64,000 bases of DNA from Isurus oxyrinchus (taxonomy: Eukaryota): the NCBI GenBank assembly GCA_026770705.1, contig JANJGN010000014.1, forward strand, positions 18,042,001 to 18,106,000, in the 5' to 3' direction. The notes beneath the pieces were generated by a model. It did not search any database and was not told the DNA's origin. It worked only from the letters and a program-made list of their open reading frames with translations. Below are positions 58,669-64,000 of this stretch, in pieces (positions within the stretch are counted from its first letter, which is position 1; every line of letters starts with the position of its first letter). The translations under genes were made by a program, and so were the position numbers.

Positions 58669-60350
58669 AGGCAGGATTTTCCCCACTGTGTTCAGGATCC
58701 TGATGTCAAACAGGACCAGAGCTCTCTTGGGGGTTGGGGGAGCAGTCACCCAGCAGTGAATTGCCCGAATTGGCAAATTAATGGTCGGAGGGCAGGCTCT
58801 CAAAGCTAGAAGGGCAATAGGACAATAGGAAGCATCACCGCTCAACAGAGTGGCAGGCAAGTTGGAGGAGTCTGTTCGCCTGGTCTCTGATGAAGTGGTG
58901 CCCCTATGTGTGTGCTTGGAGGTCTCCAAGGGGAGGATGGCAGACGCCATGGAGACCCTCATCCAACAGAATGTCCAGTGTCTTCTGGAGACACGCATAG
59001 ACCTGCACTCCATCGCCATTGCTATGTGTGACTTCATGCAGTGGCTATGTGAAAAGTTAAAGGGGCACTTTGATGTCCCTCCATGTGCCCCTTCCCGTCA
59101 AGGAGTTAGGCCGGGGCTCTCGGGCACCCAAAGTGGGGAGAAGCGGCAGCTGGATGGCCTTGAGCCATCCACTTAGGAGTCTCAGAACCCCTTTGAATCC
59201 CCTTTACCTGTAACCCCTTCAACCTCATCCTCTGTCACTGCAAAGGGAACAACTGGCCCACAGTGGGACAGCCAAAGTAAGTTGGTGCCCTCTAGGCCTC
59301 AGCATTCCAGAGGATGGCCACTGAAGTCATCAGAGGCAACAGGGCCAACCGTTGCATAGGCTGTCTCCACCCCTGCTGCAGATGTCAGGGCAGCACCTAG
59401 AAAAAGTGGTAAGCACTGTAAAATCAAGAAAATTTGATCTCAGGTGGTTGCACATGTGAACTTTGTCACTGTATTGGCTGCAAATATATTCACTCTCACT
59501 AAATAATGTCTACTGTTGTCATTCAGCATCATAATAAAGGCTTCGTGAGATCTCCGTCCCTCCACCATCACCTTCACTGCACTCCGCCAACAGTAGTAGT
59601 TCAGCTGCATGCAGCTGGACCATGAGTGTATTCTGGAGGGAGGAACATGTGTGGCAGGGCCTTTCGGAGCCTCGTGCAAGCACTCTCCCACACACGTGGA
59701 GCCTTCATCCATCACATTCATCTCAAAATCCTGAGTGTTTTCAATGCTGCCTGCTGGGGTTCAGTTGTCCATCTGAGCTGACCTGCATCTCCCCCCAACC
59801 CACTGATCACACTCCCATGCAGCACCTGTACCCATCCAACATGAGGCTCCATTCACTTTCGATTTTGAAAAGATGGCATTGCCAAATTCCTCATGAGCTC
59901 CCCCACCATCTCCCCACCCCCAGTCACCCATATCCTTTCCCCCATAATAATAGATCCCCCTGGCATAATGTACGACCTTCCTACCACCACCTCACAGTCA
60001 GAACCCTTCTCATTCCAGGATGCCCAGGTGAACATGCACACTCCCTACCTTCCAGAGAACCCCATTCCATTTGTGTTGAACTCCCGACCTCCTCCTTCGT
60101 ACCCCCAGGGTCTGTGTTTGTCTCCATGTCCCCATCAATCACCCTTGCTGCCTCATCTACTGTTACCGACGCACCCTCACCCTCCCACTCTTCCGGCGGG
60201 AAACACGGCCCGCCATTGATGGGTGGAGCAGACAATTGCAAACTGGTTTCATCATGACGTGAAACCGATTTTTGGCCTTCCCGCCATATTTTCGGCTCAC
60301 GTCCACCATGACGCTCGATGCCAACTGCCCTAGGAGAGGAATTCTAGTTT
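58669..60350. mobile_element. Internally deleted Harbinger derivative
   Basis: Left TIR-like GGCAGGATTTTCC; remnant similar to the Myb-gene C-terminus (58850..59176) and an acidic transposase tail on the minus strand; terminal region resembles 12030-12200 and 33600-33795. Confidence 0.55.
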
Positions 60351-61229
60351 GACAGTTTAACAATCGTGTGACAATAAAATACGTTTTTAGAGGCAGATAC
60401 AATGTTAATCTTGCCTCATGTCACAATGACTGTGACTGATAGATTTTTGTTAGGTAGGGGTATTAAAGAAGTTAAGATGAGTCAATGAGATTGAAGTATA
60501 GATCAGCCATGATTATATTAGAGCAAACTCGAAGGGCTGAGTGGCCTCGTCCTGTTCTTATGCCCCGATGAAGACGAGGCTTTAATGAACTCTTTTGATT
60601 TGTAAATTATCATACGGTTATCAATTTGTATGCATTAATCTCCTTGACAGTGTCTCCCTCACTATCAAATCAAACAATCCTGGATGAAGATTGCAAATCA
60701 ATTAATCAATATACAATTTCTGTGTGGATTCCTTTATTGTCTTTCTCCTATTGTTTTATCAATGCTTCATCAACAAGGGCTCATGTTAGACAAGCTTCAC
60801 AGTTCAATGGTCTGCATATACAAGCAAATAAATTCCAAAAAGCCTAGGCCTCATTTGTGGAGAGATGTTTGATAACCAGGTGTAAAAGCAACCAGAGTAT
60901 TGTTACTCTCCCAAGGCCCCACTCCAGTCTCTCATTCAACAATTCAGTGAACACTGAAGCAATAGAAAGGAATCAACTAAATGATTTGTACCTATGCAAA
61001 AGTGGCAATGATTTATAATTCACCAAACTGAACAGGTTAGTTTCTGGGCTGATCTCTAAGACTGAACATTTAAAGATCATTTCGTAGCTAAACCCACATC
61101 TCTGATTGAAAATGCTGTGTTGATTGAATAGATAGAGCTGGAGTGAACTGGAAAAACTGTGACAGAGGAATTCTACACAATATGAGCGAATAGGCAGGAG
61201 TTCTGCTTATGGTGGGAGAAGGTACTCAG

Positions 61230-62862
61230 GGACTGAATGTAATGGGTTTAATCCATTTACATTCTATATAATGGGATTAAATATAAGGGGTTTGGTCCAT
61301 TTCCAATCCATGTAATCGGAGTGAATATAAGAGGTTTGATCCATTTACATTCTACATAATGAGATTGAATGTAAGGGGTTTGGTCAGTTTACATTCTACA
61401 TAATGAGATTGAATGTAAGGGGTTTCGTCAGTTAAATTTTATATAATGAGATAGAATGTAAGGGGTTGGTCAGTTTTCAATATAATGGGACTGAAAGTCT
61501 CATTCAATATAATGAGACTGAAAGTAAGGAGTTTGGTCAGTGTATGTTCCATGTGATGAGACTGAACAATAGATCTTTGGTCAGTTCACGTTCTATATAA
61601 TGAAATTGAATGTGAGGGGATTGGTCAGTTTACGTTCTATATATTGTGATTGAATGTAAGGTGTTTGGTCAGTTTACATTCTATATAATAAGACTGAATG
61701 TAAGGTGTTTGGTCAGTTTACATTCTATATAATAAGACTGAATGTAAGGTGTTTGGGCAGTTTACATTCTATATGATGAGACTGAATGTAAGGGGTTCGG
61801 TCCATTTACATTCTATATAATGAGACTGAATGCAAGGGGTTTGGTCCATTTACATTCTATATAATGAGAGTGAACATAAGGTGTTTGGCCAGTTCACGTT
61901 TTATAAAATGAGATTGAATGTATGGTGTTTGATCAGTTTAAATTCTAAATAATGGGATTTAATGTGAGGTGTTTGGTCAGATTATGTTTTATGGAATGAG
62001 ATTGAATGTAAAGAGTTTGGTCAGTTTATATTCTATACAATGAGATTGAATGTAAAGAGTTTGGTCAGTTTATATTCTATTTAATGAGGCTGAAAGATAG
62101 TTTAGATTCTATATAATGAGATTGAATGTAAGGGGTTTGGGCCATTTACGTTCAATATAATGAGAGTGAACATAAGGGCTTTGGTTAGTTTAAATTTTAT
62201 ATAATGAGATTGAATGTATGGGGTTTGATCAGTTTAAATTCTAAATAATGGGATGAAATGTAAGGGGTTTGCATTCTATATAATAAGATTGAATGTAAAG
62301 TTTATGGTCAGTTTATATTCTATATAATGAGATTGAATGTAAGGTGTTTGATCGGTTTATATTCTATATAATGAGATTGAAAGTAAGGGGTTTGATCAGT
62401 TTATATTCTATATAATGAGATTGAAAGTAAAGTTTTTGGTCAGTTTATATTCTATATAATGAGGCTGAAAGATAGTTTAGATTCTATATAATGAGACTGA
62501 ATGTAAGGGGTTTGGGCCATTTACGTGCAATATAATGAGAGTGAACATAAGGGCTTTGGTTAGTTTAAATTTTATATAATGAGATTGAATGTATGGGGTT
62601 TGATCAGCTTAAATTCTAAATAATGGGATGAAATGTAAGGGGTTTACATTGTAAAGTTTTTGGTCAGTTTATATTCTATATAATGAGATTGAATGTAAGT
62701 GGTTTAGTCAGTTTAAGTTTTATACAATGAGGCTGAAAGTAAGGGGTTTGGTCAGTTTATATTCTATATATGAGATTGAGTACAAGGTGTTTGGTCCGTT
62801 TATATTCTATAAAATCAGACTGAATGTAAGGGATTTGATCCATTTACATTTTATGTAATGAA
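61230..62862 (+). repeat. 44-bp AT-rich minisatellite (ATAATGAGATTGAATGTAAGGGGTTTGGTCAGTTTACATTCTAT)
   Basis: Period 44 (e.g. 61681 and 61725); roughly 37 units; 375-bp higher-order duplication (62086 and 62461). Confidence 0.95.
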
Positions 62863-62864
62863 AG

Positions 62865-64000
62865 GGAATGGGTGACCATCAGGAACAGTAAAAGACTCAG
62901 GAAGGTAGTGCAGGAATCCCCTGCAGTCATCCCTCTCTCTAATAGATATACCGTTTTGGATACTGTTGGGAGGGATGGCCTCTCAGGGGAAAGCAGCAAC
63001 AGCCAAGTTCACAGCATAGTGAGTGGCTCTGCTGCTCAGAGGGGCAGGAGGAAAACAAGTGGCAGGGCTATAGTGATAGGTGATTCAATAGTTAGGGGCA
63101 CAGACAGACGCTTCTGTGGCCGCAAACGTGAATCAAGGATAGTATGTTGCGTCCCTGGTGCCAGGGTCCAGGATGTCACGAAGCGGCTGCAGGACATTCT
63201 GGGGAGGGAAGGTAAACAGCCAGGGGTCGTGGTACACATTGGTTCCAACGACATAGGTAAACTAAGGGATGAAGACCTCCAAGCTCTGTACAGGAAGTTA
63301 GGGGATAAATTAAAATGCAAGACCTCAGGATTACTCCCAGTGCTAGCAAGAGCAGGAATAAGAGGATAGACCAAATGAACACGTGGCTGGAGAGATGGTG
63401 TAGTTGGGAGGGATTCAGATTCTTGAGGCATTGGGACCGGTTCTGGGGAATGTGGGACCTGTACAAACTGGATAGGCTGCACTCAGGCAGAGCTGGGACC
63501 AGTGTCCTTGAGGGGACTTTTGCTAGTTCTGTTGGGAGTATTTAAACTAGTGTGGCAGGGGGATGGGATTCCAGGAGTAGGATCAGATAGGTCAGATTCA
63601 GATCAGAAAAATGGAGATGGAACATTAGCTAGGGACGTTGTGATAGACATGGAGTTGCAGGAGAAGCAAAGTTTAAAAAGTGTCCAGCAAGGGAAATTGA
63701 CAGGGTTAAACTGTTTATACTTCAATGCAAGGAGTATTACAAACAAGGTAGATGAGTTAAGGGCACAGGTTGACAGATGGCAGCAGAATGCTATCATGGA
63801 GACCTGGCTAAAGGAGGGACAAAACTGGCAGCTTAATATCCCTGGTTATAGAGTCTTCAGACACGATAGAGTAGGAGATAAAAAAGGAGGGGGGCAGCAC
63901 TAATGGTTAAAGAATCAATTCCAGTTGTGAGAAGGGATGATATACTAAATGGGTCAACAAACGAGGCTTTATGGATTGAGCTTAGAAATAAAAAAGGGGC
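62865..64000 (+). mobile_element. CR1 LINE 5' part: ORF1 SGNH-esterase domain and start of ORF2 endonuclease, frameshifted
   Basis: PLSNRYTVL, IVIGDSIVRG, CCVPGARVQD, VHIGSNDIG, DRLH; ORF2 LNCLYFNARSITNKVDEL, ETWL, IPGYRVFRHDR. Confidence 0.9.

Noticed and set aside
61230-62862. CRISPR-like array of palindromic repeats
   Set aside because: Units are contiguous with no unique spacers, there are no cas genes, and the context is eukaryotic.

Overview
Eukaryotic, repeat-saturated, gene-poor DNA, most likely from a cartilaginous fish (inferred from the CR1, L2, RTE and Deu-type SINE families present). No intact host gene could be identified. The window is a stack of nested transposons: a GalEa-like Copia gag/PBS/LTR end (1-666), many CR1, L2 and RTE LINE pieces, two solo LTRs, a decayed two-gene PIF/Harbinger element (12030-16506) with MITE derivatives, a Gypsy provirus with both LTRs (24023-29441), SINEs and two minisatellites. 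The standout is a very young Neptune-type Penelope-like retroelement (4092-8958). It is a tail-out inverted pair of cDNAs (about 1.72 kb near-identical arms) inside a perfect 14-bp target-site duplication. It carries an open RT + GIY-YIG frame and minimal hammerhead ribozymes with a non-canonical CUGUCGA core, and both arms share an apparent loss of the catalytic endonuclease Arg. The same inverted, ribozyme-centred architecture recurs in miniature at 49848-50075, and TSD-flanked ribozyme-headed mini-insertions occur at 44641-44777 and about 43747-43886.
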